Origin: Nitrosopumilus sp.
Lineage (GTDB): Archaea; Thermoproteota; Nitrososphaeria; Nitrososphaerales; Nitrosopumilaceae
Reading direction: 5' to 3'
Assembly (NCBI GenBank): GCA_965238275.1
Contig: OZ250186.1
Location: forward strand, 608,001-672,000
Length of the DNA: 64,000 nucleotides
Shown here: piece by piece, positions 40,713 through 50,979 of the stretch
How the letters are laid out: each line of letters starts with the position of its first letter
How positions within the stretch are numbered: position 1 is the first letter of the stretch
The notes under the pieces: model-generated
Told to the model about the DNA's origin: nothing
The model's input: only the letters and a program-made list of their open reading frames with translations
Databases searched by the model: none
Program-made: the position numbers and the translations under genes

Positions 40713-41630
40713 TCATCCCTTGCGTGCAGCGCCCCTGGCCGGCCTGCATATGATCGTCTGTGACTCCGTGCCGGCGGTCCTGAACCCCTCTGACATGGCC
40801 GTTCCGATCCCCTCTAGATCCGCCGTGTCGTCTGTGAATGCTATTACTGAAGGCCCAGCGCCGCTGATCGTAACGCCAAACGCCCCTGCCTTTAGGGCGT
40901 TGTGTTTGACTTGGGAGAACCCTGGAATCATGTGCTGCCTTGCAGGCTCGACTATCACATCCCTGACCGAGCTCCCGATTAGATGCGGATCCCTTCTCAT
41001 AAACCCGGCCACCATACCTGCCGCATTTGACAGGTTTAGGATGCTGTCTGAGAGGCTGACCCTCTTTGGAAGCACTCCCCTTGAGACCTTGGTCTTCTTT
41101 TCAGGAACCTTGAGTCTTGGAACCGCCACACACATCCTGAGCTTTGACGGCGGCGTTATCCTGATTACGTCCAGGGGATCGGTCCTTACAATCACGAATC
41201 CCCCCAGAACCGAGGCTGCAACGTTGTCATAGTGTACGGAACCTGCACTTGCCTTCTCCCCGGAACCTGCAAGCTCCACCAGGGAGTTTCCATCAAGATT
41301 CAGTCCAAACAGCCTGTCAAATGCCACGGCCGCCGCCGCCGCCGATGCCGCGCTGCTCCCCATTCCAAACCCTGCCGGTACCCCCTTGTTGATCCTGATC
41401 TCCACACCGCCACCGATCTCAAACCTTTCTGCCATGTTCTTGACTACCAGTCCCGCCGTGTTTCTGGCAGGCTCCGCAGGAATGTCATCATCTGTAACTA
41501 TCGTGATTCCGTCTCCGGTCTCAGTCAGGGTTACCGTGTCGTAAAACGCGTCCATTGCCAGTCCGAACACATCAAAACCCGGTCCTAGGTTCGCAGTCGA
41601 TGACGGGGACCTCACAGTCACTGATGCCAT
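40713..41630 (-). CDS. thrB: Homoserine kinase
   Basis: ANLGPGFD, GMGSSAAS, HYDNVA, SGAGPS. Confidence 0.96.
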   Translation of the reverse strand: MASVTVRSPSSTANLGPGFDVFGLAMDAFYDTVTLTETGDGITIVTDDDIPAEPARNTAGLVVKNMAERFEIGGGVEIRINKGVPAGFGMGSSAASAAAAAVAFDRLFGLNLDGNSLVELAGSGEKASAGSVHYDNVAASVLGGFVIVRTDPLDVIRITPPSKLRMCVAVPRLKVPEKKTKVSRGVLPKRVSLSDSILNLSNAAGMVAGFMRRDPHLIGSSVRDVIVEPARQHMIPGFSQVKHNALKAGAFGVTISGAGPSVIAFTDDTADLEGIGTAMSEGFRTAGTESQTIICRPARGAARKG

Positions 41631-42389
41631 CTAGTCTTCCACCTCCTCCCCAAGGTTGAGTATCCTGCTCAGGGCGCTCTCAAGGTTGACAAGGCCCTCT
41701 TCTGTAGTATTGGAGATTGGAATCAGCCCCTGTGCAAACCCGCCCAAGTTCAGGCCGCGCAGAATGTTTATGGTAAGCGTGTAGGTCTCCCCGTCAGCCT
41801 CCCTGGACACTGCTCCCTCCAGCGCCGCCAGGCTTGTGGACCATCCGAGAATCTCCCTTAGCCGGCCCCCTATGAGATCCGTCTTTGTTATTATGTTGAC
41901 TGTGGGCAGATTCAGTCGTAGTCTTATTGACGTTGCAAGCAGCGCAATTGAGATAAAGTTTACAGGAGTGGTAATCAGAGCGCCATCAAACAGAAAGATG
42001 CTGGCCTTCTCATCAGATACGATGCTGTCCACAAGAAAACTCCCGCTGGAGCGGTATGCAGACAGTTCAATCTGGCCCGGCGTGTCTATGATGAGGTAGT
42101 CCGGATTTACCCCGTCGATCTCCCTTTGTATGTCATCGATCCTTGATGCAAGCAGATCGCTTGCCATTATCAGGGCACCGTTGGGACCTAGTTCATACTG
42201 CTGCATTATGCTCGTCATATCCACATAGTCCCTGGCATCTACATCACACGTGTATGGCAGGCTCTCCACGCCGGGATCCAGGTTCAGGACTGCTGCAAAC
42301 GCCCCGTTCCTCCTGTAGTGGTCGCACAGTTTTGATGTGAGCAGTGATTTTCCTGCGCCGGCAGTGCCCAATACAAAGATCGACTTCAA
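41631..42389 (-). CDS. GPN-loop GTPase
   Basis: GTAGAGKS, NLDPG, LGPNGA, DTPGQIE; TTG start inferred. Confidence 0.92.
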   Translation of the reverse strand: MKSIFVLGTAGAGKSLLTSKLCDHYRRNGAFAAVLNLDPGVESLPYTCDVDARDYVDMTSIMQQYELGPNGALIMASDLLASRIDDIQREIDGVNPDYLIIDTPGQIELSAYRSSGSFLVDSIVSDEKASIFLFDGALITTPVNFISIALLATSIRLRLNLPTVNIITKTDLIGGRLREILGWSTSLAALEGAVSREADGETYTLTINILRGLNLGGFAQGLIPISNTTEEGLVNLESALSRILNLGEEVED

Positions 42390-42621
42390 CGGTATGATCA
42401 CTGCCTGCCCGTATTTCAAACTAGCTTGGCCCCTCACATGGGAGACAGGAAATGACGTCTGTCTTGGAACCCCTACACAGAATCATGCTCTGTTCTCTTG
42501 CAACCTGTAGGGGAATCCATTGCACATACACCATGTCCGTGGGGGTAATGGCGAATACAGGCATCAAACCTGCAAATACCTCTACCAACTTTCATATTTG
42601 ATTCCCAAAGCACACTCTTAC

Positions 42622-43638
42622 ATGAACTGGAGACTCGTCGTGATCCCCGTGACATTGATTCCAATTATGATCATTGCCATCACCTTTGATATCAAACCGG
42701 AGGACGTTCTGGCCATCGGGATTGTTCCATTTGCAGGCGCAGTAGCTGCCATGATGATAAAACTGGGCCTTCAGGGGGTCAAGTTTGCCTACATTACAAG
42801 ACGGTATGCGGGCAGCATCGATTCTGTCCTAAAGCTGAGCGGGGTTCGGGTAGGAAGCGAGTTCATCAAATTCACTACTCCGATGTTTATCGGGGCGGAG
42901 TTTATTGTAATCTATTATCTGCACAAAAAGGGCGTAAAGCCGTCCAAGGCCACATGGATAGCCATGATGGATATCGCCACCGAGGTGCTTGCAGGAGGAA
43001 TACTGTCCATGATCGCAGGAGTGATTGCATTGCTGCACGGGGCATACGCTGTAGGCATAGTCATTATGGCCACCAGCATTACTGTGACATCCCTGTGGAT
43101 GATAGTGTTCTTCCTGTCCTCCAAGCGTACATTCCAGGTTCCCGGCGTCCTGGCAAACCTTGCCCAAAGGTTTGGGAAGGAGAAGGTCAACAGATACATC
43201 GACAAGACCAACATGTGGATGGCCGAGATGTGTGAGATAAGCAGAAAGAACCTCAGGACATCTGAATCCAAAAGGGTCTTTACCGTGTCATTTCTGCTCT
43301 CGCTTGCGTCGTGGATATTCTATGGGATCTCGTTCCTGGTGATCGCACTCGGGGCCGGATACGCGATAGGAATCTTTGACTCTGTAATGGCAGTCATGGG
43401 TGCCAACGCCATCGGAAACCTGCCGATCACGGTGGGCGGGGCGGGCCTGGCCGAGTTTGGAATCGTGGCATACCTGAACAACCTGAACCCCTTTGACTTT
43501 GATCTCTCACAGGCTGGCCTTGAATGGGATGCCGTAATAGGGTGGAGGATTGCAACATACTACGTGCCGATTCTCATTACCTGGTTGCTTCTGGTAAAGC
43601 TGGCCCTGAGCAGGATATCCAGTACGCAGACTGCATAG
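42622..43638 (+). CDS. UPF0104 / flippase-like membrane protein
   Basis: Multi-TM; TTPMFIGAE, PITVGGAGLAE, WRIATYY. Confidence 0.8.
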   Translation: MNWRLVVIPVTLIPIMIIAITFDIKPEDVLAIGIVPFAGAVAAMMIKLGLQGVKFAYITRRYAGSIDSVLKLSGVRVGSEFIKFTTPMFIGAEFIVIYYLHKKGVKPSKATWIAMMDIATEVLAGGILSMIAGVIALLHGAYAVGIVIMATSITVTSLWMIVFFLSSKRTFQVPGVLANLAQRFGKEKVNRYIDKTNMWMAEMCEISRKNLRTSESKRVFTVSFLLSLASWIFYGISFLVIALGAGYAIGIFDSVMAVMGANAIGNLPITVGGAGLAEFGIVAYLNNLNPFDFDLSQAGLEWDAVIGWRIATYYVPILITWLLLVKLALSRISSTQTA

Positions 43639-43665
43639 AGGCAGCCTAACACATGATTGTGGGTT

Positions 43666-44631
43666 CTATTTGAGGAACAGCGCCCCGTACTCTTTTGTCC
43701 ACGGGGACCACTCGTCTTCAGGGCGACAGTTTTCGATATTCTGAATGACTCCCTTGACCTTGGCATCCAGATTGTCGATATGGTGCAGTGCCACGGCCTC
43801 CGGGAATCTTGGAACTACAGGGGATGCCCACTCCAGCTTTCCGTGGTGGCTTAGTATCATGTGGAGGATCTTCATGGCCAAGTTCTCTGGAAACGAATCC
43901 AGTCTTCCTATTCTCCAGGCGATCATGTTGTATCCCATGGGGATGTGTCCAAGCAGGCTTCCCTTCGTGGTGTAGGTGATGCCGGTGCTTGCCTCCAACT
44001 CCTCCACCTTTCCGATATCGTGAAGAATGCATCCGCATACAAGCAGATCGCAGTCCAGTCTGCGATGGGATTGGGCCGCCATTTTGGCAAACCCGATCAT
44101 GCTGAGTACGTGCTCCAAGAGTCCGCCGATATAGTTGTGGTGGTTTGATTTGGCGGCAGGCGTCTTGGCATATCTGTCCAAAAAGTCCTCGTCATCAAAC
44201 ATATCCTTCAACAATGTCCTGATGTCCGTGTTGCCCATATCGTTAATGATATCCCGAAGCTCCCCCTTCATCTCTCCTATGTCTCTTGGCGCCGTCTTGA
44301 GAAGATCGCCTGGTTCAAAATCATCCGTCTTTGAGATTCCTCCCTGTTTGGGAGTAACTGAGATCTGTAACTTGCCCTGATAACTGCTGACGTTTCCGGA
44401 GACCCGTATGACATCCAGTTCGTCAAAGGAGGAATGAATCTGCCTTATCTGACCCTCGTTCTCATTTCCCCAGTACCTGAGTTCGGCTTCTCCTGTTCGG
44501 TCTCCCAACCTAACCCCAAAATAGAACCCCTCCTTGTTCTTGTATTTTTGAATGGACTCCTTCTTGGTTACAGCAAAGTAGGATTCTGCAGAACCCCCGT
44601 CCTTCAGATCCGTGACATACTGCTTTGCCAT
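43666..44631 (-). CDS. YhaM/Cbf1-like OB-fold + HD-domain 3'-5' exoribonuclease
   Basis: LGDRTG OB fold; HHNYIGGLLEH, LHDIGK, LLGHI, ILSHHG, DNLDA. Confidence 0.88.
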   Translation of the reverse strand: MAKQYVTDLKDGGSAESYFAVTKKESIQKYKNKEGFYFGVRLGDRTGEAELRYWGNENEGQIRQIHSSFDELDVIRVSGNVSSYQGKLQISVTPKQGGISKTDDFEPGDLLKTAPRDIGEMKGELRDIINDMGNTDIRTLLKDMFDDEDFLDRYAKTPAAKSNHHNYIGGLLEHVLSMIGFAKMAAQSHRRLDCDLLVCGCILHDIGKVEELEASTGITYTTKGSLLGHIPMGYNMIAWRIGRLDSFPENLAMKILHMILSHHGKLEWASPVVPRFPEAVALHHIDNLDAKVKGVIQNIENCRPEDEWSPWTKEYGALFLK

Positions 44632-44694
44632 GAGGCTGGTTCATACTCCCTGTTTATCATAGTATCGTTGTTCTCTTGATGGTCTGCAGGCCTG

Positions 44695-44784
44695 AGACAT
44701 AATCCGTAATAGGCAGTTTTGGGTCATTTCGTGCCTAGCATCTATTCCCACTTTGTGCCTAACGACTAATTACGGATTACGTCT
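44695..44784. mobile_element. 90-bp MITE, copy 3 (opposite orientation, intergenic)
   Basis: Reverse complement of 7468-7557; TSD ctg at 44692-44694 and 44785-44787. Confidence 0.93.
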
Positions 44785-44893
44785 CTGGTTCTGTATCCTG
44801 ACAGGATACGCCGGCGGGATATGGATAACCATTATATGAACTGGATGCCGCCGTCACAGAAAAGCACAAGGATCAGATCAACTGTGTGCAATC

Positions 44894-45223
44894 ATGGACA
44901 GGAATGAAGAAAAACCGGCCAAGCAGAAATCGCGGCTAAAGATAACGCACGCCCAAAACGATGCCAGGTACGTGGAGATGGGCAAGCTGCTCCACCTGCA
45001 AAAGGATCCCGGCTCTGACGGAGAACTGGATCGCATGAACGCAAACAAGAACGGGCGCCCATACCAGTACCCGGACGTGGCCGTGATGGCAATTGCAGGA
45101 ATACGCTCAATCTACGGCACCCTGTCGTACCGAATGTGTCAGGGGATGGCCATGTCGGCACTTGGCCAAGAGGACGCCCCAGACCACGTCACACTGTGGA
45201 GAAGGATACGCGGCATGTTGCCG
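44894..45223 (+). pseudogene. N-terminal fragment of an IS5-family transposase, in frame with pyrE
   Basis: GRPYQYPD..LSYRMCQG..PDHVTLWRR; no DDE domain follows. Confidence 0.75.
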
Positions 45224-45811
45224 ATGACTCCTTCTGAGGATGAGCAGCGACTGGCAGAACTACTAGCCGAGACTGAGGCATTCAAGTACTCCCCGGACAA
45301 ACCATTTCAGCTGGCCGCAGGCGGAACAAGCATGTACTATTTTGATCTAAGGCTTCTAAACGGCCATCCTGAGGGAGTCAACACCGTAGCCTGTGTGCTT
45401 TACGATCGCATCAGGAGGCTGGGTGCCCAGTCAATCGGCGGCTTGGAGGCAGGTTCCATTCCAATTGCGACTGCTGTCTCGCAGCTGAGCTATCTGGAAA
45501 ACAAAAGGGATCCGTCAAACCCCCTGCTGGAGTCATTCTATGTGCGCAAGAGGCCCAAGGAACACGGAACTAGGAAGATGATCGAGGGAAGAATTTCGTC
45601 ACCCGTGGTGGTGGTTGATGATGTAATTACCAGCGGCAAGTCTGCCATAACGGCCATGGACGCAGTAAGGGCCGCAGGGTATGACTGCAGATGTCTTCTA
45701 TCCATAGTGTTTCGGGGAACCCAACAGGATCTTAAAAGGATCGAAGGGCACGGCGCATTTGAGTCCGTCTTCACTGCAGATCAGCTGATAGGCCGGTTCA
45801 AGGAACCCTGA
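45224..45811 (+). CDS. pyrE: Orotate phosphoribosyltransferase
   Basis: FQLAAGGTSMYYFDLR, VRKRPKEHG, VVVVDDVITSGKS. Confidence 0.88.
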   Translation: MTPSEDEQRLAELLAETEAFKYSPDKPFQLAAGGTSMYYFDLRLLNGHPEGVNTVACVLYDRIRRLGAQSIGGLEAGSIPIATAVSQLSYLENKRDPSNPLLESFYVRKRPKEHGTRKMIEGRISSPVVVVDDVITSGKSAITAMDAVRAAGYDCRCLLSIVFRGTQQDLKRIEGHGAFESVFTADQLIGRFKEP

Positions 45812-45930
45812 ACTGCAACCTGATGCAGAGAAGATCCGCACCTACTAGGCGATGCCACGTCAAAAGATCATCTGCATGTACAGGCACCCCAATCGAAACT
45901 ACTTTATCCAAAAAACACCCCACCTGATCT

Positions 45931-46731
45931 GTGGATTTCCAAGGTAAGACTGTCCTGATTACCGGCGCATCTTCTGGCATCGGCAGGGAGGCGGCCGTCA
46001 GGTTTGCAAAACACGGTGCCAGTCTGGTTCTGGTTGCAAGAAGGGCGAACCTGCTTGAGCAGCTTGCAGAAGATCTGGAAAAGCTTAATGCAACGACGCT
46101 TGTCTGCAGGTGTGATGTCTCCAAGAGGGGGGAGGTGCAGGACATGGTCAGTACTGCCCTTGAGAGATTCGGTTCGGTTGATATCCTGGTGAACAACGCC
46201 GGATTTGCAGTGTACGGTTCGGTAAGCGATCTCTCCATTGGAGACATAGAGTCTCAGATGGAGACAAACTATCTCGGAATGATCTACTGCATAAAGAACC
46301 TTCTTCCGTCCATGATACAAAACGGCTCCGGCCACATAGTAAATGTGGCATCCGTTGCGGCAAGCTTTGGCCTTCCGGGGATCGCCCCGTACTGTGCTAC
46401 AAAGCACGCGATGCTGGGATTCTCAGAGGGCCTCAAACATGAGCTGCAAGACACCGGAGTCGGCGTTACCGTGGTTAGTCCGATAATGGTACGGACCAGC
46501 TTCTTTGACCATCCGTCCTTTGAGGGGATGCCCAAATACTCCCCGACATCACTAAGTCCTGGGGACGTGGCAGGGGCGATCCTGAGGGCTGCAGATTCGC
46601 CCCGGCTTGAGATCATAGTCCCCTCGGCCGTAAGGGTCGCAGTATGGCTCAAGCACACATTCCCCTACATCATAAATCCTATTCTTGGAAGATTCTTCAA
46701 AAGGCAGATGGATCGCGCAAGACCGAACTGA
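45931..46731 (+). CDS. Short-chain dehydrogenase/reductase
   Basis: TGASSGIG, NNAG, YCATK. Confidence 0.93.
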   Translation: MDFQGKTVLITGASSGIGREAAVRFAKHGASLVLVARRANLLEQLAEDLEKLNATTLVCRCDVSKRGEVQDMVSTALERFGSVDILVNNAGFAVYGSVSDLSIGDIESQMETNYLGMIYCIKNLLPSMIQNGSGHIVNVASVAASFGLPGIAPYCATKHAMLGFSEGLKHELQDTGVGVTVVSPIMVRTSFFDHPSFEGMPKYSPTSLSPGDVAGAILRAADSPRLEIIVPSAVRVAVWLKHTFPYIINPILGRFFKRQMDRARPN

Positions 46732-47109
46732 TTACTCTTCTGGAATCTCTGAACTTACGTCCAGCAGCTCCAACGACCTGAGTTCAAACCGGTATATGGC
46801 AGCCATGTCGATCTCTTTTTCCTCCTTGAGATACTCTGAGACCTTGCCGTTCAGAGGCGCCTTGTACTGGTCAAAGACGAACTCATAGACGATCCCCTTC
46901 TCAAGATTCTTTATCCCTTCTGGCAGATCCATCGTGACTATGTGCCTTCCATCCTCTACAGACTCGTACAGCTGCACATCCATCTTGCCGTCTGCATCGT
47001 ACATCTCCAAAATGTATCCTGTGTGTTTTTGCTCCGTAGGACTGCCAAACTCGGCATTTTGAATATCCTCTGAAACCCATTCTGGGATCTCGTCCTTCTT
47101 TTTTACCAT
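46732..47109 (-). CDS. Hypothetical protein
   Basis: Acidic 125-aa ORF coupled to the upstream gene. Confidence 0.7.
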   Translation of the reverse strand: MVKKKDEIPEWVSEDIQNAEFGSPTEQKHTGYILEMYDADGKMDVQLYESVEDGRHIVTMDLPEGIKNLEKGIVYEFVFDQYKAPLNGKVSEYLKEEKEIDMAAIYRFELRSLELLDVSSEIPEE

Positions 47110-47110
47110 G

Positions 47111-47431
47111 CTATACTCTATCCTGATAATTCTGTTTCTCTTTCTTGCTCTTCTGCCACCAGTCAAGGTAGTCGTCCTGTCTGTCCTGACGCGTCTTCTC
47201 CCTCTGGTTCAGCCTGTACCTGATGTCCGATACCTGCTCCCTTGTCGCGTAAAGACCGCACCTCCTACAGATGAAGTGCTTTGTGGCCACGTCAATCTTC
47301 ATCGGAATGTCAATCTCATCAAACAGTTTGTACAGATCATCCTTGCTCCTGTCCTCTTCGGAAACCTGTGCCTCGTACCGTTCCTGGATCTTCTTTCTCT
47401 CCCTTGCAGAACATTCCGGACAGTTGGTCAC
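47111..47431 (-). CDS. Zn-binding hypothetical protein
   Basis: CPEC and CRRC pairs. Confidence 0.7.
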   Translation of the reverse strand: MTNCPECSARERKKIQERYEAQVSEEDRSKDDLYKLFDEIDIPMKIDVATKHFICRRCGLYATREQVSDIRYRLNQREKTRQDRQDDYLDWWQKSKKEKQNYQDRV

Positions 47432-47499
47432 TGTCTGTTTGGGTTAATTTTTTCCATAAAAGCCTTACCACGCCGGCATTTTGCCCACACACGATCCTG

Positions 47500-47655
47500 T
47501 TATCTTGGAAAGTTTCTGAGAACCGCATAGCCGTGCCGTTTTGCATTCTCGTGGTGCCACCTTGTATCATCTGCAAAATTCACATCCAGCACGTTCGACG
47601 ACCTGTCAAACGCCACCATACGAGTCTTCTGTTTACGTAAAACCTCCTTTGCCAT
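47500..47655 (-). CDS. Small hypothetical protein
   Basis: 51-aa ORF co-oriented with its neighbours. Confidence 0.4.
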   Translation of the reverse strand: MAKEVLRKQKTRMVAFDRSSNVLDVNFADDTRWHHENAKRHGYAVLRNFPR

Positions 47656-47798
47656 GGCTGATTGGCATGGCACACTAATGCACAAACTAACTTGCATCTG
47701 ACACGCGGATTTCCCCTTTCATTCATCATCCCTTGCGGTCCGTTCGCCCATCGAACATCCCGCGTGCCAGACAAAAAACATCTCACAGGGGCGGCATT

Positions 47799-49040
47799 TT
47801 ATCTCTTCTCTTCAAGGGCCTGCGAGGCAATCTTGGCGGTATTCCGGGCCCCTCCGGCAACAAAATTTTTTGAAAACTCGGCCAGGTTCTCCTCAAAGAC
47901 GTTATAGTCTTCCTTGATCCTGGTAATTGCCCTGACCACCTGCTTTGTCTTTGTGGCCAGCACCCCGAGATTTCTCTCGTCTGCCCACCTGATGTTGTTG
48001 GTGTGCTCGTCATATACCGGAATTCCTATGATCGGTTTTGACTTTCCGCCCATTATCTCCCCCATCACCGTGTGCGATCCGTTGACGACGGCATACCTGC
48101 ACAGGTTTAGAACCGTATCCTTCTCCTGTTCTGAGAGGAACCCAATGTCCATCTGTATCCAGTCTATCTTCCTGTCCAGAGCCTCCCGGACAGTATGCCT
48201 TCTCCCGTCCCTTCCAATGACTGACTCTATTCCCGGTTCATCCCTTGCATGCGATATGATCCTCTTCTCGTCTTTCATCTCGTCTTGGGCAAACACCTCC
48301 TCGTACCTCTCACCTGTTCCATCGTTTGTAGACTTGTTTCCGGTACGCATCCAGTACCCAAACTCCTCGCCCCTGACCAGCTTCTCAATGTCAGACTCTC
48401 CGGTTCTCCTGATCTTGCCGCCGTCTGTAAAATGTCCCACATACTCTACCTTGCCTCTTGCCTCGTCTGTTAAATTCAGGTTGTACTCGCACATGGTGTA
48501 CGGCGGCGGCGAGTCTGCCACAAGAATTCGTGAGGCCTTGGCAATCTGTCTTGCAACAAACAACAGCGACGGATAAAGATACGATCTGGTGCTGTACAGC
48601 CTGGGCCTGAACTGGTTTGTGATGAACAGGCACGGTATGTTCCTGTTTCTTGCCAGAATGTTTGAGCCCACGTCGCCGTCGTTGATGACCAGATCAAACT
48701 TCTCAGCATCATACAGTTTTCTCTCCTCCCTGAGGTAGCTTACAACCTGCCTGACCAGCGAGGGATTCTTTGAAACCGGCAGCAGTAGATTTGCCAGCGA
48801 CATTGAGACGCTCGGACCCAGCCGTCCGTCGATGGGGGTGGGCATTAGTATCTCATGGATCCTGTCTGCCTTGTCCGGAAACCTCTTTTGCAGCTTTTCA
48901 TACACGTGTTCCTTGCTTGAAAAGTGAACGTCAGGCTCTTTTATGTAGTCGCCAAGCACATCGTTTAGCCTCATCATTCTGGAGTAGTGGCCGCTTCCCC
49001 ATGGGTAGATGAACTCTCCTATCTTGGGCACAACATCCAA
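47799..49040 (-). CDS. Glycosyltransferase (GT-B, family 28-like)
   Basis: GSGHYSR, DLVIND, NGSHTVMGE..KPIIGIP. Confidence 0.82.
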   Translation of the reverse strand: MDVVPKIGEFIYPWGSGHYSRMMRLNDVLGDYIKEPDVHFSSKEHVYEKLQKRFPDKADRIHEILMPTPIDGRLGPSVSMSLANLLLPVSKNPSLVRQVVSYLREERKLYDAEKFDLVINDGDVGSNILARNRNIPCLFITNQFRPRLYSTRSYLYPSLLFVARQIAKASRILVADSPPPYTMCEYNLNLTDEARGKVEYVGHFTDGGKIRRTGESDIEKLVRGEEFGYWMRTGNKSTNDGTGERYEEVFAQDEMKDEKRIISHARDEPGIESVIGRDGRRHTVREALDRKIDWIQMDIGFLSEQEKDTVLNLCRYAVVNGSHTVMGEIMGGKSKPIIGIPVYDEHTNNIRWADERNLGVLATKTKQVVRAITRIKEDYNVFEENLAEFSKNFVAGGARNTAKIASQALEEKR

Positions 49041-49062
49041 TCATGTGCGCCCGTTTAAATTC

Positions 49063-50166
49063 TCAATGATCCAGCGAGTCCAGAATGTCATGGACGTTGT
49101 TGGGACCCACTACAACCTGAACCCTCCTGCGGGTCTTCAGGGCCTGGCCCACCTCCGTGTCTGCAGGGGCAGGAACCTGGCCTGACGTGATTGCAACTGT
49201 CCTTTGCAGTCTTGCAACCGCCCTCTCAAGCCCGATCTCCCTTGCATCTGCAAGCAGGTCCGTATCCACTCCTGCAAGCGGCAGAACCGGAACCCTTCCT
49301 GCCCTGAAGACCTCCCGTACCATTCCGTCTGTAAACTCTGCAGACGATACCAGCGGCGAGAGTGCCAGGGATATGCGGGCCTCAGGACCATGCAGCATTA
49401 TCTCCAGAATCGACCTGACATACACCTGGTAGTTTCTGATCCCTCTAGGCCTGATCCTCAGGTGGAACAACTCCAGTTCTATCTCGTCTTGTACCAGCCT
49501 TGGGATTATCCTGTTGATTATTCGTACCAGCCAGGTCAGCTCCGATTCCTGTCTGTAGCATACCATGATCCGGACATCATGACCCTGCCTGATGGCCTCT
49601 AGACACGACACTGCAGAGATCTCGTCATACACGGCACATGCAGTCTTTTGCTCCTGAGGCCGGTACGGCACCCCCCCGCACCCCTCGTCCAGAAAGATGC
49701 AGACATATGCGTTGTCCTTTGTAAGATACGCATACAGCATCTTGTCATGGCTCCTCTCCGTTCCCGGACGGGCGTCGGGTTTCTTCTCTATGATGCTGGA
49801 TGTTGCTGCGATCTCGACGTCCCCTGCAAGAAAACCGCTCGACGTACCCTCTACCCTTACCAGAAACCTCTCTCCCTTCAGGAGCAGGTTCCCCCCAGTG
49901 GATGTAATCTCCTTTACGATGCCGTCAAAGTCGTTTCTTACGCATCTTGCAATTGCGATCTTTTCTATGCCAAAGAGGAGCCCTATGGCCGACGAGGCAA
50001 AGACGGGATCGTTTGCGTGTACCAGAATTACGTCGCCGTCGCGCCTGACGGTTTTGAACTGCTGGCCCCTGATCCTTAGAATGTCCTTGATGTTCTTGAT
50101 CATCTGCCGGATATGCCTTCTTGAAAATATCGTTGGAAATACTACCACGTATGATACCTCATTCAT
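49063..50166 (-). CDS. THUMP-domain ThiI-like protein with degenerate PP-loop
   Basis: LFGIEKIA, FLVRVEG, GGVP; lacks SGGxDS. Confidence 0.7.
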   Translation of the reverse strand: MNEVSYVVVFPTIFSRRHIRQMIKNIKDILRIRGQQFKTVRRDGDVILVHANDPVFASSAIGLLFGIEKIAIARCVRNDFDGIVKEITSTGGNLLLKGERFLVRVEGTSSGFLAGDVEIAATSSIIEKKPDARPGTERSHDKMLYAYLTKDNAYVCIFLDEGCGGVPYRPQEQKTACAVYDEISAVSCLEAIRQGHDVRIMVCYRQESELTWLVRIINRIIPRLVQDEIELELFHLRIRPRGIRNYQVYVRSILEIMLHGPEARISLALSPLVSSAEFTDGMVREVFRAGRVPVLPLAGVDTDLLADAREIGLERAVARLQRTVAITSGQVPAPADTEVGQALKTRRRVQVVVGPNNVHDILDSLDH

Positions 50167-50250
50167 ACACGATACCCTGACACATGCCTGCATATAATTT
50201 AGTGCCGGATCCGCACAATCAATATAAAACTAATAGCCCAAGACACCTTC

Positions 50251-50979
50251 ATGATAAGATTTACACCCGAGCAGGTCGGCAAGCTCAACGACTCTGTGAG
50301 GACTGCCGAGGACGCACTGCGGTGGGCCTCTGAGAACCTGCACCCTAGGGTTGCCAAGGCATCGAGCTTCGGAGCCGAGGACGCAGTAATTATGGACATC
50401 ATGATGAAGATCAACCCGGAATTCAGATTATTCACGCTTGACACGGGCAGGCTGCCCCAAGAGACATATGACATCATGGAGGTGGTTCGAAGGAGATACA
50501 ACATTACCATCGAGGTACTCTTTCCCGACGCGGGAGAAGTCCAGGAGATGGTCAGGGAGAAGGGCCCAAACCTCTTCTATGACAGCGTGGAAAACAGAAA
50601 ACTCTGCTGTGGCATCCGCAAGGTCCATCCCATGAACAAGATGCTTGCAACCTTGGACGGGTGGATTACCGGGCTGAGGAGGGATCAGACTGACATACGA
50701 AGGGATGCAGCCATGTTCCAGCTGGACCACGGACACGACGGCATCCTAAAGATCAACCCCATTATTGACTGGACGTGGGAGCAGGTTCAGGACTACATCC
50801 GGAAAAACGATCTTCCATGCAACGCCCTGCTGAAGAAAGGATATCCGAGCATCGGGTGCGCGCCCTGTACCCGGCCGATAAGACCAGGCGAGGATCTTCG
50901 GGCCGGAAGGTGGTGGTGGGAGCAGAACCAGCACAAGGAGTGCGGGCTTCATATAACCCCAGGCACGGAGGAGTCATGA
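50251..50979 (+). CDS. cysH: (Phospho)adenylyl-sulfate reductase
   Basis: [31 protein letters not shown]. Confidence 0.95.
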   Translation: MIRFTPEQVGKLNDSVRTAEDALRWASENLHPRVAKASSFGAEDAVIMDIMMKINPEFRLFTLDTGRLPQETYDIMEVVRRRYNITIEVLFPDAGEVQEMVREKGPNLFYDSVENRKLCCGIRKVHPMNKMLATLDGWITGLRRDQTDIRRDAAMFQLDHGHDGILKINPIIDWTWEQVQDYIRKNDLPCNALLKKGYPSIGCAPCTRPIRPGEDLRAGRWWWEQNQHKECGLHITPGTEES

